The notes below the pieces were generated by a model. That model had not been told where the DNA came from and did not search any database. It was given only the letters and a program-made list of their open reading frames with translations. The position numbers were made by a program, and so were the translations under genes. This document shows positions 37,068-49,150 of a stretch of DNA of 64,000 nt, one piece after another (within the stretch, counting starts at the first letter, position 1; each line of letters begins with the position of its first letter). Source of the stretch: Stegostoma tigrinum (taxonomy: Eukaryota); NCBI RefSeq assembly GCF_030684315.1, contig NC_081396.1, positions 5,766,001-5,830,000 on the forward strand, written 5' to 3'.

Positions 37068-40000
37068 GTTTGCAGACAGATTACGACGGAAGTGAGCAGA
37101 ACTGGCCGTAGATAAGTTGGGTTTCAGCAAGTGTTGGAAACAGGTTGAGTCATTTCCGGATCTCCACTCATTAGTTCATTGTTGGCAAACACAACAGATG
37201 GCAACCAATGAGCTCCAAGATCCTTTGCTCTTCGATTTAACAAAGCCGTTTCAAACTCCTTCGACGACACTGTGTGGAGCTGGAGGAACACGACAGGTCA
37301 GGCAGCATTACAGAAGTTTCATTAACTTCACACCGTTGTGTCTGACTTCAGCATCTGCAGTAATTGCTATCTTCAATCTCCTCCATATCAGGGCTGTTGT
37401 GAGAAAGGACCAAAGTTCTGAAGAAGGTTTACAGGACCCCTAATGTTAACTCAGTTATCTCTTCACATTTGCTTCTATACCTCTGATAATGGGAAGTGCA
37501 GATGCTGGAGAATCCAAGATAACAAAGCGTGGAGCTGGATGAACACAGCAGGCCAAGCAGCATCTCAGGAGCACAAAAGCTAACAAAGTGTGGAGCTGGA
37601 TGAACACAGCAGGGCAAGCTCCTTTGTTATCTTGCTTCGACACCTGCTGAGTTTCTCCAGCTATTCCTGCTTTTGTTTCAGTTTTCAAGCACCCGCAGTG
37701 TTCTCTTATTTTTGCTTAACGAGCTGCAGCGTTTGGAGACAGGTGGATCTCATTGACTATGAGATCGATGGTTGGGCTTGTTAACTTGGGATCGTCAGGG
37801 AGCCCTGGGCAATTTGTATAAACAGGAGGCTGTGAATCTTCTTATTTCAGGGGACTGACTCTGAGCTGGCTGGCCACAGCCAGTGTAGTCAGTATATGTG
37901 AATGAAGGGACACTTGGTGAGGAAATGTCGGCCTCCGTGCAGTTATTTCAGGAGCAAAATAAATTTGCTCATTAATAAACAGCGTTTTGGAGAGAGATCC
38001 AATCGAATGTTGTCTCGTAACTGTTATTATTTCTGTAAGCAAAACCAGTGAAAGGGAATTTGTTCGAGTCTCAGAAATGTGCTTCCCCACTTAAAAGGTG
38101 CTCTCGGACTTTGTCGACTCCCTGCAACTGATGCAGAGGACCAGAGGGTCTGAAATATTGCATACAATAACGAGAAAAATCACCAAATATATAAAGAAAC
38201 AAGCAAATTTCTAATGAACTAAGCAGTGGAATGGAATGTTGCTTTGGCTGCATTTACTGGTAAGATCCATTGCTACCAGATTTGGTTAAATTTTCTTCTT
38301 GTCATTGTATATGTAACACCAGTTTCTGTATCAGATGCACTGCAGTTGTTCAAATCGAGACCGCACCGTCACATGGTCACGGACTATTAGAGATGGAGGC
38401 TCAGGTGGCCAGTCACGCGTACACAAGAGTAATGGATCTTTAAAAAATACACATTGTGGTAAAGTCTCCTTCATCGAAATGGGAGTGGGGCAACAGCAGA
38501 CATACACGTCAATGCACAGTCCAAATTGTGATTGAAGTGAAGGTATCACCGCCCGGATTACAGGTCACACAAGAACAAATCGGAAGAAAAGTGGTGAGGA
38601 TGACTCACGGACTATTAGAGATGGAGGCCAGCACTGCCTGCCCCGCCCATACAAGCACAGAGATGCACGATCCAAATCCTGACTGAAACTGATGTACTAT
38701 TACCAGATATACAGATGTCTCAACAATTAACGAGAAGGCAAGCCGTGAGGATGACTCCACGAGCCTACAAGATGACAAGTATACATTTTCTGTGAGTGTG
38801 ATTATACTGTTCTCTGGCGGGATTGCTAGGAAATTTGCGGTGTGAGAAAATTAACAATTTATAAGTGGTATAATACCAAATGATGAATTTTCAGGAAGTG
38901 TTCTTGAGACGAAGGCACAATGACTACGAGGTTAGCCTTGCTGACACAAAGCAACAGAGACCCAGGTTCGATACCAGACTCAGGCTAAAGTCTTTGGTGG
39001 GGGGCGCTTGCACACCCTCAATCTGGCTGCTTGGATATCCTCCGGCTGCTCTAGTTCCCTCCCACAGTCCACAGGTTAAGTAAATTAGCCACAGGAGATG
39101 CAGCGTTAAGGGAGTGTGCAGGATGTACTTTAGAGGCTTGCTGTCGACTCAACGGGCCCGATGCCCTGCTTCCACACTGTAGGGACTCTGTGATTGGATT
39201 GTGTAACTTTGATTTTTTAAAATTATTTATTCATTTATGGGTTGTGGCCGTCAGTAGCTTTCCAGCATTTATTACCCACTCCTAGTTTCCTTTGAGAATT
39301 TTGTGATGAGTTGAATCATGAACGCAATTCCCAATTCGCAAACAACCACCCACGAAGGGAGTTGCATCAATTCACCTCAGGGTGAAAAACAGCAGGAGAA
39401 CTGTACAAATTGGTGCAGTCCACCTGCTGTAGGCTGACCCACCACGCCCTCAAGAAGGGAATTCACGTGTTTTGACCCAGTGACGAAGAAAAAGCAGCGA
39501 TATATTTCCAAGTCAGGATCGTGAGAGTCTTGGTGGGGAGCTTACAAATAGCGGGATTCCCGTATATCTGCTGCCCCTTGCTCTTCCAGATGAAAGTCGT
39601 CATGGGTTTGGAAGGTGCCATCTGGTGAATTTCTACAGGGCAACTGTTGGACAGTACACACTGAGAGTTGGTCGTGGAGACAGTCGATGCTTGTGGATGT
39701 AGTACCAATCAAGTAGGCTGATGGGGTCAAGCCTTTGAGTGCTGTTGGGGCTGCACTCTTCCAGACAAGTGGGGAGCACTCCATCACGCTCTTGACCCAT
39801 GCCTTGTAGGTGAGGAGTCAGGAGATATTTGACTCACCGCAGGATTCCTAGCCTCTGGCCTGCATTACAGCCATGTTTATGTGGTGAGTCCAGTTTAGTT
39901 TCCAATCAATGAAACCACTAGGATGTTGATAGTGGCATATTCAGTGACAGTTACACCATGTTAAAGGTAAGATCACCATATTTCCTTCATGCATCCTTCA

Positions 40001-40334
40001 ATTGTGATTTCACCTGATCTTTAAACTCCCTGCATCATGTTCGTTTTTTTTTTCACTTCCTTCCATTTCTTCTCCGACAATTTCTCACTATTCTATCCAC
40101 TGCAAGTATGATTGCTGTATCTCCTTTCGCTTTTCTCCGTCAATGTTCCTGCCTGGCAAAATATATTTTCTTCACCTCCACCCGCATATCCAACTGTCTT
40201 CCTGCCTGAACATCTTGCTGTTCCAAACTTTCTGTCGTATTTTAGTCTCATTTCCCTTATATTGGATTATTGGAGTCGAGAATTAGTAACACAGATACAT
40301 CAAAATCAGCACAGCAGAACCCGGACTCTGTGCA

Positions 40335-40684
40335 AGTTTTAGTATGGACTCTCCTGCTGTTTGTGACGCTGTGCCCTCGTTGGCACAGAGGTAGGTTGCG
40401 GTGTCATTAAGTCTGGCATCTTTCATAGCCAAGGTACTGAGTTTGTCATCTCTGCTGCTGGAAGCGGTAACCCTCTCACTCTGATCAACTGCTCTTGTGG
40501 CCATCATCAGATGCTGGGGTGGCAGGCCTGGAAGCTGCCAGTACCAAAACACGATGTTAAATGTACTGGCAATGGAGCAAGTCATGAACGTAATTCCCAA
40601 TTCGCAAACAACCACCCACGGTGGAACTTGCATCAGTTGCCTCAGAGTGAAAAACAGCAGGAGAACTCTGCAAATTCGGAACAT
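40335..40684 (-). CDS. TCR V segment with leader fused to V (no intron) plus 23-RSS; ORF or pseudogene
   Basis: MFRICRVLLLFFTLRQLMQVPPWVVVCELGITFMTCSIASTFNIVFWYWQLPG...DTATYLCANEG (40374-40684); CACAGCG (40367-40373) + 23 nt + ACTAAAACT (40335-40343). Confidence 0.82.
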
Positions 40685-41104
40685 TATCAGATTGCAAGTA
40701 CAGAGGTGTAAGTAATTGTCCACGAAGTTCTCTTGAGGACCGGGGATAAATATTGTCCGAGGAAACAGCTTGAATAATGCCTGCTTCACACCTCACTCAG
40801 AGCTGCCTTCTTGTTGAAGTTGCAGAGGTACGTGTATGAATTCATGAGAAAAGATATCATCTCCCTCAATGAGACGCGGAACAGGGAGAGCGAGGAAAGT
40901 AGAGATAACACAGTGTGGAGTAGGAGGGACTCAGGAGGCATCAGAGGAGCAGGAAAGTTGATGCTTCGGCTCAGAACCCTTCTGATTCTGACACAAAAAC
41001 TCAACTTACCTGCTCCTTTGATGCTGTCTGGCCTACTGTGTTGTCTCTGACTCCAGCATCAGCAGTTCTTACTAACTCCGAGCGGGTAAGTTAGCGGCTG
41101 ACAG

Positions 41105-42790
41105 ACAATGCCATGGCTGATTGCAGACCACAAAATCCCGTTAGCGATTGCCTACATGCAGAAAATGGAGATGGATGCCTGTCTCATCAGTCTGGACCAG
41201 GAGAAGGCCTTTGAGGTGAAATCACACACGTACATGTGGGACTTACTCTCCAAAACGAGCTTTGGGGAGGGAATCTGGAACCGGATCCAACTGTCGTACA
41301 CTAATGTTGTTATTGCAGATGGAATCAATGGATGGGAATCAAGAGCAGATCTAGAGTCAGGCAGGGCTGCCCAATCTCTCCTGTCCTGGTTGCATGTTTA
41401 TAGAGCTGTTGGCTGAGTTCATCAGGAATAAAGCGAGCCTGAGAGGAGTTAATATTCCAAACAGCGGAGGCCTGCAGGTCAAAACCTCTCTGTACATTAC
41501 CATTTTCTGCTCAGATCCACCATCTGTGCACAGGCTCATGAGCATCCGTGACCAGTTTGAACTGGCCTCTGGAGCCAAGGTAAATTGAGATACAAACTGG
41601 GCCAACTGATCTTTCATTCTCTTCACCATCAGGGCAGATTAGCCTAAAGGTGCTAGGAACGTGGTCCGGAGGGGCTGGGGCATGTGCAAAAGCTTGGCAG
41701 GAGTGCATTGCCAAAGTGAAGCAAGGACTGATCTCGTGGGAGCAACACTCCCTCTCCATTGGAGTAAAAAGCCTGGTCATCAGGTACAAGGTACTCTGTC
41801 TGTCACTGGACATGGTGCAGATCTGGGCCACTCCCTAAAACTCCGCCATTTCAGTCACCCCAGCCATTTTCCAATTCATCTTGAAGCCTGGCCATATCTG
41901 CAGGAGCTCTATGTCCACAACCCTGGATAAGGGCATGAAGAGCGTGCCCAACGTTCCCCTTCTCATTTTGGCCACCTATGGATTCGGTTGCATCAGGCTG
42001 TACGCAGACCCTCAGTAACCAAACACCAAGCACCACTAAATACTGAGGTTCTACCTGTCCCCGGTGTCACGAAGGATGGGACCAGCCTCGCTGCCACGGA
42101 AGACTCCAAGTCTTTGGACTGTTCCGTATCACCTGTCCTTCAACGAGAAATTTGCAAAGAAGAACACCTTTGGCCACGTGTCCATCAGGAAGTAGTCAGC
42201 ACAGAGCGTCCTCCAGACTCTGATGGAAAAGGAGGATGGATCCTGTTGTGTGGTTCACTGAGCAGACCAGCAAAGTCATTTGGCAGAATGCCTGATCACC
42301 AACATTTTCTAACAAGCACCGGAGCATCGCTTGGTTGGTCGTGAGGAGGGCACTACCTGTTAGATCCTTTACATGTGCCCAGTCAGTCTGCACCAGCACT
42401 TGCTGCCCCTTGAAGTGGCTGTGGGGGGTTTGAGACTGTCTCAGATCTCCTTCTGAAATGTGCCTTAAGGTGCAGTCGCTTTGTCCAAGTTTGTCCTAAG
42501 CAGCTCCGTGACGCGCGACTCTGTATTCTACATTTTCTTCTCCGGGTCATCCTCTAAGAAAAACACCAACCATGACTGGGGGACCATCAACTCAGTGAAA
42601 GACCCTCTATGGTCTGCTGAAGCTTGTTGGTCTTTCTGAGCAAGGAGTTGGCCTTGGCCAAGTGTTACAGACTGGCACATTCTAAGGTTCAGCACTATTT
42701 TCTGAAGGAGACACTAAAGCTTGGGGGAGCTGTGGCAAAGGTGCACTGGAGAAAAACCAGTGTCTGAGGTCTTCCTGGTGAAGGTAAATG
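41105..42790 (+). mobile_element. L1/Tx1-like LINE ORF2 fragment (degenerate RT)
   Basis: LISLDQEKAF, FGEG..RIQLSYTN, FELASGAKVN. Confidence 0.8.
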
Positions 42791-43164
42791 GGGCCGGGGT
42801 GGGGGGGGGAGGCATTCAGTTCTCAGACACTCCTAGTGCGTCAAATACACATAAATATTAGTATTGTATGTGTAAGAGTGGTCTTTGGTTCTTTTGGATA
42901 GAGTCAAAGTCCAATGTTTGCTTATTTGCTTGTTATGTAACTGTTCTGAACTGAACTGCTCTTCTGACAATGTATATATAGAAATTTTTTTGAATATATT
43001 TTTGAAATAAAAAAGTGAATATTTATTTCTGTTTTGTACAACATTTTCACAATGAAGAGCAATATCGATAGCTCATTACATAATTCATTCAGCTGGGATC
43101 TGTCTGACATCACAATCTTTCTCTGCCTTTCTCTCTCACAATCATTTTCTCTGTTTCGCTCTCG

Positions 43165-43195
<31 letters not shown>

Positions 43196-43456
43196 TCACA
43201 CACACACACACACACACACACACAGGCCGACACACATACACAGAGAGCATCTCCTTCCACTAGAGGGTGTAGTGCATTCTTTACACTGATGATGAGAAGG
43301 AAGTGGAATCTGGGTTCGATTCCAACCTTGCACAACTGTCTGTGTGGAGTTTGCCTGTTCTCCCCGTGTCCGGGTGGGGTTTCCTCTAGGTGCTCCGGTT
43401 TCCTCCCGCAGTCCAAAGATATGCAGGTCAGCTGGATTGGCCAGGCTAAATTACCC

Positions 43457-43675
43457 AAGACAACAAAATGTGAGGCTGGATGAACACAGCAGGCCAAGCA
43501 GCATCTCAGGAGCACAAAAGCTGACATTTCGGGCCTAGACCCTTCATCTGATGAAGGGTCTAGGCCCGAAACGTCAGCTTTTGTGCTCCTGAGATGCTGC
43601 TTGGCCTGCTGTGTTCATCCAGCCTCACATTTTGTTGTCTTGGATTCTCCAGCATCTGCAGTTCCCATTATCTCT
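43457..43675. mobile_element. Miniature palindromic Penelope-derived insertion inside a V-SINE
   Basis: 94-bp arms (43455-43548 and 43550-43643, 1 mismatch); TSD CAGGCTAAATTACCC at 43442-43456 and 43676-43690. Confidence 0.9.
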
Positions 43676-43829
43676 CAGGCTAAATTACCCGTAGTGTTCG
43701 GGAATGACTAGATTGGGGGGGAGGTGGTTCTGGGTGGGATGCTCTGAGGGTCAGTGTGGACTTGTTGGGCTGGAGGGTCTGTTTCCACACTGTAAGGATT
43801 CTATGATGTTGAAATTAGACAGGGAGCAG

Positions 43830-44550
43830 CAGAACCCCTGGGAGCATTGATGTGCGGTGTGATCTGGATGTGCAGGTCCACACATCATTGACAGTGGCAA
43901 TGCAGGTAGGTCCGGTAGTCACCAAAAAGCCTATGGCATGCATGCCTTCATTGGAAGCAACATTCAGTATGAGGATGCTGCAGCTTTATCGAACTTTAGG
44001 CCACACTTGGAATATTGCGTACATTCTGGTCACACTACCAGAAGGATGCGGACGCTTTGGAAAGGATACAGAAATGGTTTACCAGGATGTTGCCTGCTGT
44101 ACGGGAGTTCAGCTATGAAGAAACGTTGGATAGGCTGGGTTTGTTTTCACTGTACCACAGGGAGGTGGAAGGGGTGACCTGATAGGAGTTTATAAGATTG
44201 CGAGCGGTATGGATAGAGTGGAAAGTCTGAGGCTTTCTCTCACGGTGGAGGGGTCAATTAGCAGGCGACACAGGGGTTCAAGGTGCGAGGCGGGGGGACT
44301 GTAAAAGAGATCTGCAAGGCACATTTTTAACACAGAGGGTGGTCAGTGCCTGGAATACGCTGCCAGAGTAAATGGTGGAAGCAGGCAAAAAAGCCGCATT
44401 CAAGGAGCACCTGGACGAACACGTGAATAGGAAGGGAATAAAGGGATATGGATCTTGAAAGTGAAGACAGTTTTCGTATGGATGGGCAAAATGTGTCGAC
44501 ACAGGCCGAGTGGGCCAACCGGCCTGTTTCCATGCCATATTGTTCATTGT
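43830..44550 (+). mobile_element. CR1 3' fragment (counterpart of 8690-9370)
   Basis: RPHLEYCV remnant and CR1 3' UTR. Confidence 0.8.
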
Positions 44551-45952
44551 TCTTTGGAAGCTGCCTCCAATGCCAGTATATCTCTCCAAAGATAAGAGGT
44601 CCAAAACTGTTCACAGTATTCCAGCTATGGTCCAACTAGCAACTTTGACACAGACTTTTTTTCTGGAGAGAGGTTCAAAGCTTTTCCAAAAAGGTTGCAG
44701 CTGAGCTGAAATACAAATCTTTCTTGCCTTTCTTGCATGGAGTGACTTCCCTGAAAATATGAATTCCTCAGAATCCCTCACATCTATTTTTCATGGTAAA
44801 TGCATTTGAATGTATTAGAATTTCTCACAAGTTTCCCTGTCTGGCAGGACATTCTCTGGAGAAACACAAGACATTTTTACCAACACCGATTTACTTATAC
44901 AATAAAAAACCGAAAGGATGTTGTAATCAGAAAACAAAATCAGGAATGCTGGAAAAGCTCAGCAAGTTCTAAGGAACGGGCATTCGACCTGAAACACTAA
45001 CTGATTTCTCTCCACAAATGCTGCCAGACTTGCTGAGCTTCCCCAGCAATTTCCGCTCATGTTTCGGATTGACTTGTAGTCATGCAACCCAGAAACAGAC
45101 TCTTTGGTCCAACCAGTCCATGCTGAACATAAAGCCACACTAAACTAGTCAACCCTGACTGCTCCTGGCCCATATCCCTCCAAACCTTTCCTATTCATGT
45201 ACTTATCTAAGTGTCTTTTCAGTGTAATAGTTCCGACATCCACCACTTCCTCCGGAGCTCCATTCCAAGCACAAACCACCCTGTGTAAAAATTATGCCCC
45301 TCGTTTTTATTCAAATCCTTCTCTTTCTTGATCTCCAAAGTTTGCCTTTCAATATCCCACTCTATGACAGTGAAAATATAACAATTCTATTGAGCCAGTT
45401 CTATCTTCTGCACCAGCTTTTTGTAATCTCCATTCCATGTTCCTGTCAAACAGATCAATCACGATCTTCTCACATGGTGACGCAGTCTCAAAGTGTTGGA
45501 TTGGCCCTCCTATACCTCATTCATCTGTCCCACGTGTGACAGCTTTCTGCCACAAGACTCTCTGCCTTTCATTGAGACGGCCGCTGGAGAGTTCCTCCTC
45601 CAGTTCCAAGCTCAGCAAGCCTTCTGTTTTCCTTTCCCCTTGGCGACGACAAACAAGGTGCAAACTTTACAAATCTACAAGTACTTCCTGTGAGAAGTAT
45701 CGACACGGTTTAAACAAAACGATGCGGCCAGCTCCATGCCAACTATTGGAGAAAGTGAAATGCAAACTTTTATCTTCCTAACCTTCGTTTCATTCAGTGA
45801 ATCAGATGAACTTTGAGACATCAAGCCACTAGCAGCAAAGAGGAGAGCGCGGCCAGAGCGAAACCCTCCCAGGGCACCCACTGTCAGAATGAGCGTGGTT
45901 CAGCCCTGGATGTGATTAGCAGCGGCAATAACAGCATAACGCACTCCTGCTA

Positions 45953-46627
45953 TCATTTGTGAACTCCCTGGTGTCTCTGTAGGCTGGACAATCGAGTGAA
46001 TTCCTTCCCACACTGCAAGCAGCTGAACGGCCTCGCCCCAGTGTGAATCCGTTGGTGTAGCAGCAGGTTGGATGACTGAGTGAACTCCTTCCCACACTCG
46101 GAGCAGGTGAACGGCCTCTCCCCCGTGTGAACTCGCTGGTGTGTTTGCAGGTTGAACAACCGAGTGAATCGCTTCCCGCACTTAGAACAAACGAACGGCC
46201 TCTCCCCGGTGTGAATCCGCTGATGAGTGAGCAGGGTGGACGACTGAGTAAATCCTTTCCCGCACTCACAGCAAGTGAACGGCCGCTCCCCGGTGTGAAC
46301 CCGCTTGTGTCTCAGCAGGCTGGTTGAATCGGCGAATCCCTTCCCACAGTCAGAGCAAGGGAATGGCCTGTCCTGGGTGTGAACTCGCTGGTGCGTCAGC
46401 AGGGTGGATATATCGGTGAATCCCTTCCCACACTCGGAGCAGGTGAATGGCCTCTCCACAGCATGGACTTGCCGGTGTCTCAGCAGATTGGAGAGAGCGC
46501 TGAATCCTTTCTCGCACACCGAGCAGGTGAATGGCCTCTCCCCCGTGTGACTGCGCTGATGAATCTCAACTGCAGATGGAGAACAGAAGCCCTTCCCACA
46601 GTCCCCACATTTCCAGGATTTATTCAT
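45953..46627 (-). CDS. C2H2 zinc-finger protein (8 fingers, 224 aa ORF)
   Basis: Eight CxxC..H...H units with TGERPF linkers; candidate upstream acceptor ttttacag at ~46983. Confidence 0.9.
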   Translation of the reverse strand: MNKSWKCGDCGKGFCSPSAVEIHQRSHTGERPFTCSVCEKGFSALSNLLRHRQVHAVERPFTCSECGKGFTDISTLLTHQRVHTQDRPFPCSDCGKGFADSTSLLRHKRVHTGERPFTCCECGKGFTQSSTLLTHQRIHTGERPFVCSKCGKRFTRLFNLQTHQRVHTGERPFTCSECGKEFTQSSNLLLHQRIHTGARPFSCLQCGKEFTRLSSLQRHQGVHK

Positions 46628-47449
46628 GCTGACAGCGTTCTCATTGTCTCTCCGGGTTTACCAGTCAGTTCAAAACTTGCCCACACCCAGAACGTGCATC
46701 TGGTTTCCCTCTGCTGTAAATTGCACAATATTTTTCCAGGCTGTTCAACTAGTTCAAGGTTTTCACTGGCACTGAAACATTCTTACTCAGGTCTGAGTGT
46801 CACCATCCTTTTCCATTCACACCGACTTTTAAAACCTCGATGCAGACTGAACAGTGGATCACTTCTTCTTTCACAGCTTAAAGCCTACATCGTTCAGATC
46901 CCGAGGAATCGTGCGATTCTGTCAGATCTTGTCGTGATGTTAGTTTCAGATTCCTTCCGACAAATCGTCCCCTTCAAACATCCTGTAAAAGCAGGTTTAA
47001 AACGTCATCACTGTCTGTGCAAGATAAAAAAAAATGAAATCTTCTAAAGTTGATATTTCATGCTTACTGACAAGATTTCTGCTCACTGTTGGTACAGACT
47101 CGATGGGCTGAGGTGCCTCTTCTGGACTATATCATTCTATGCTTGTGTACTGTCTGGCCGAAAGTACCAAACAGGTTCTTTAGGGCCTGATCAAAATGAT
47201 TATTGGAAGCCACATACACTTCACTATGTAACTAATTTATTGAGTTAAAATATTGAATCCATGCAAGAATTAGTGTTGCTGGTTTATATTACTGATATAC
47301 CCCAATGAGGAAAAGTCTGATAATGCTTAAGCTCAATGCTATAGCTTGTTCGCTGAGAAATACATGCCGATTACTGGACTAAAAATGTACAATTTACAGA
47401 ACTGTACCACTTGATTAAAGACCTGGGGGGAGGGGGGTTGTCAGGAAGA

Positions 47450-48330
47450 TGATTAGGCATGCATTGGAACTCACTACATAGTGAAGAAGGTTTTCTAAGA
47501 TCACAAAGGGATCTTGATCAAATGGATCAATAGGTTGAAAAATGGCAGAACGAGTTCAAGCTGGATAAACGTGAGGTATTGCATTTTGGTACAATATAAA
47601 GAGGCAGGCCATACAATTAATGGTAGGGCATTGGGTAGTGTTGTAGAACAGTTGGGCCTAGGGTTTCAGGTCCATAGTTCTTTCAAGTTTGCCTCACTTA
47701 TAAACAGGGTGGTTACAGGCATTCAGCACGCTTGCCTTCATTTCTCACAAGTTTGAGTGTAAGAGTTAAGATACCATGTTGAGCTTGTATAGGACATTGG
47801 TGAGGCGTCTTCTGGAGTACTGAGTCCAGTTCTGGTCACTCAGCAATGGAAAGGATATTAGTAAACTAGAGAGGGTTCAGAAGAGAGTTACCAGCTTGTT
47901 GCCTGTTATGAAAGGTTTGAGTTGGAAAGAAAGGCTGGGACATTTTTCACTGGAGTTTAGGAGGTTGACAGGTGACCTGAAAGAGGTATATAAAATCATG
48001 AGAGGTAGAGATAGGGTTAATTGTACCTGTCTTTTCCCGAAGATGGGGGATTTCAAGACTAGGGTGCACGTTTTTAAGGTGAGAGGAGGGTGATTTTAAA
48101 AAGACTCGAGAGGAATTTTTTTCTAACACTGAGGGTGGTTCGCATGTGGAATGAAATTCCTGTGGAACTGGTGAATGTGGGCACAGTGACAACATTTAAA
48201 AGACACAGAGATAAGGGATATGGGCCAGGAGCTGGCAGGTGGAACTATTTTATTCTGGGATTATGTTCAGCATGGCCTGTTGGACCAAAGGGTCTGTTTC
48301 CATGCTGTATGGCTTTATGGCTATGAATCT
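47450..48330 (+). mobile_element. CR1 3' fragment
   Basis: LTGDLKEVYKIMRG, RVVRMWNEIP. Confidence 0.85.
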
Positions 48331-49024
48331 ATATGAGGGTGGTAAAAGTGGCAACAATTATTTGCAACAATTGACTTAAAACTAAAAAGTTTCAACAATA
48401 ATTTCAAAATAAAATTTGATGAGCAGTTGAGGGAAATGAACTCTCTGGTGACGGGTATACAGAGAGGGAATGAGAGCAACTGGATTGCTTAAGAGTCAGG
48501 ACAGATTCAGGTTACTGAATGGATTCCAGTACCATAACGAGTCCATCTTTGAAATATAGAATTTCCAAACAAATCTCATTCAAGAGTAGAAACAATAACA
48601 CAGATGTTATAATTGAATGATATCAAATATGTATAATACAGCACAATGAGGCATATCTTAGTATTGATTTAAAGCCTCATTACATGTCAGCTCATTCGTG
48701 GGAACCACCCCTTTTAGCTTTGAACGTTAGAAAAAGACGCCATTCTTTTAACCAAATAAAAGTGTCAAGCTGAAGGAGTGAAGGGTGTCAACGTCTTTCC
48801 CAGAACAGGAGACCTGGACCAACCTTAGTGTGCACCCTCCCCGAATTCATTTCCCTTCTTGCAACTCAGCAATTTAAATCTGGAATGAGGAAAGAAATGG
48901 AAAGTGGAAAAATAAAACAGTGCTATGCTCACAGAGGAAGAACATTCAATCTGGGTGACGCTCCACCTTCATTCAGAGAGGAGAGGCAACAGAAGCATCC
49001 AACCTCCGCATTCAGACAATAAGG

Positions 49025-49150
49025 GAGTTCTGATTGGCTGGAAGACCGACTCACTTCCGGTCCTCCAACGTTTTCCATTGGACAATAGTGTAGCTCATCA
49101 ATGAAGATACGAAGAGCTACACCCCACTTCCACATGTGCGGTTCCGGGCC
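49025..49150. promoter_or_regulatory. Probable promoter of the 45953-46627 ZNF gene
   Basis: ATTGG (CCAAT) boxes around ACTTCCGGT (ETS motif), upstream of the ZNF on the - strand. Confidence 0.45.

Larger units (their letters stand above)
36494..46290 (+). repeat. Segmental duplication, copy B of ~1-11200
   Basis: Same order of V, intronless V, Tx1 fragment, CR1 and ZNF 3' end; 36480-bp offset at the V leader. Confidence 0.9.

Noticed and set aside
40685-40789. Upstream extension of ORF 40283-40789
   Set aside because: The ATG at 40684 begins the hydrophobic leader and matches the paralog's ATG at 3140
46379-47047. 222-aa + strand ORF
   Set aside because: Antisense shadow of the ZNF repeats; no independent coding signal
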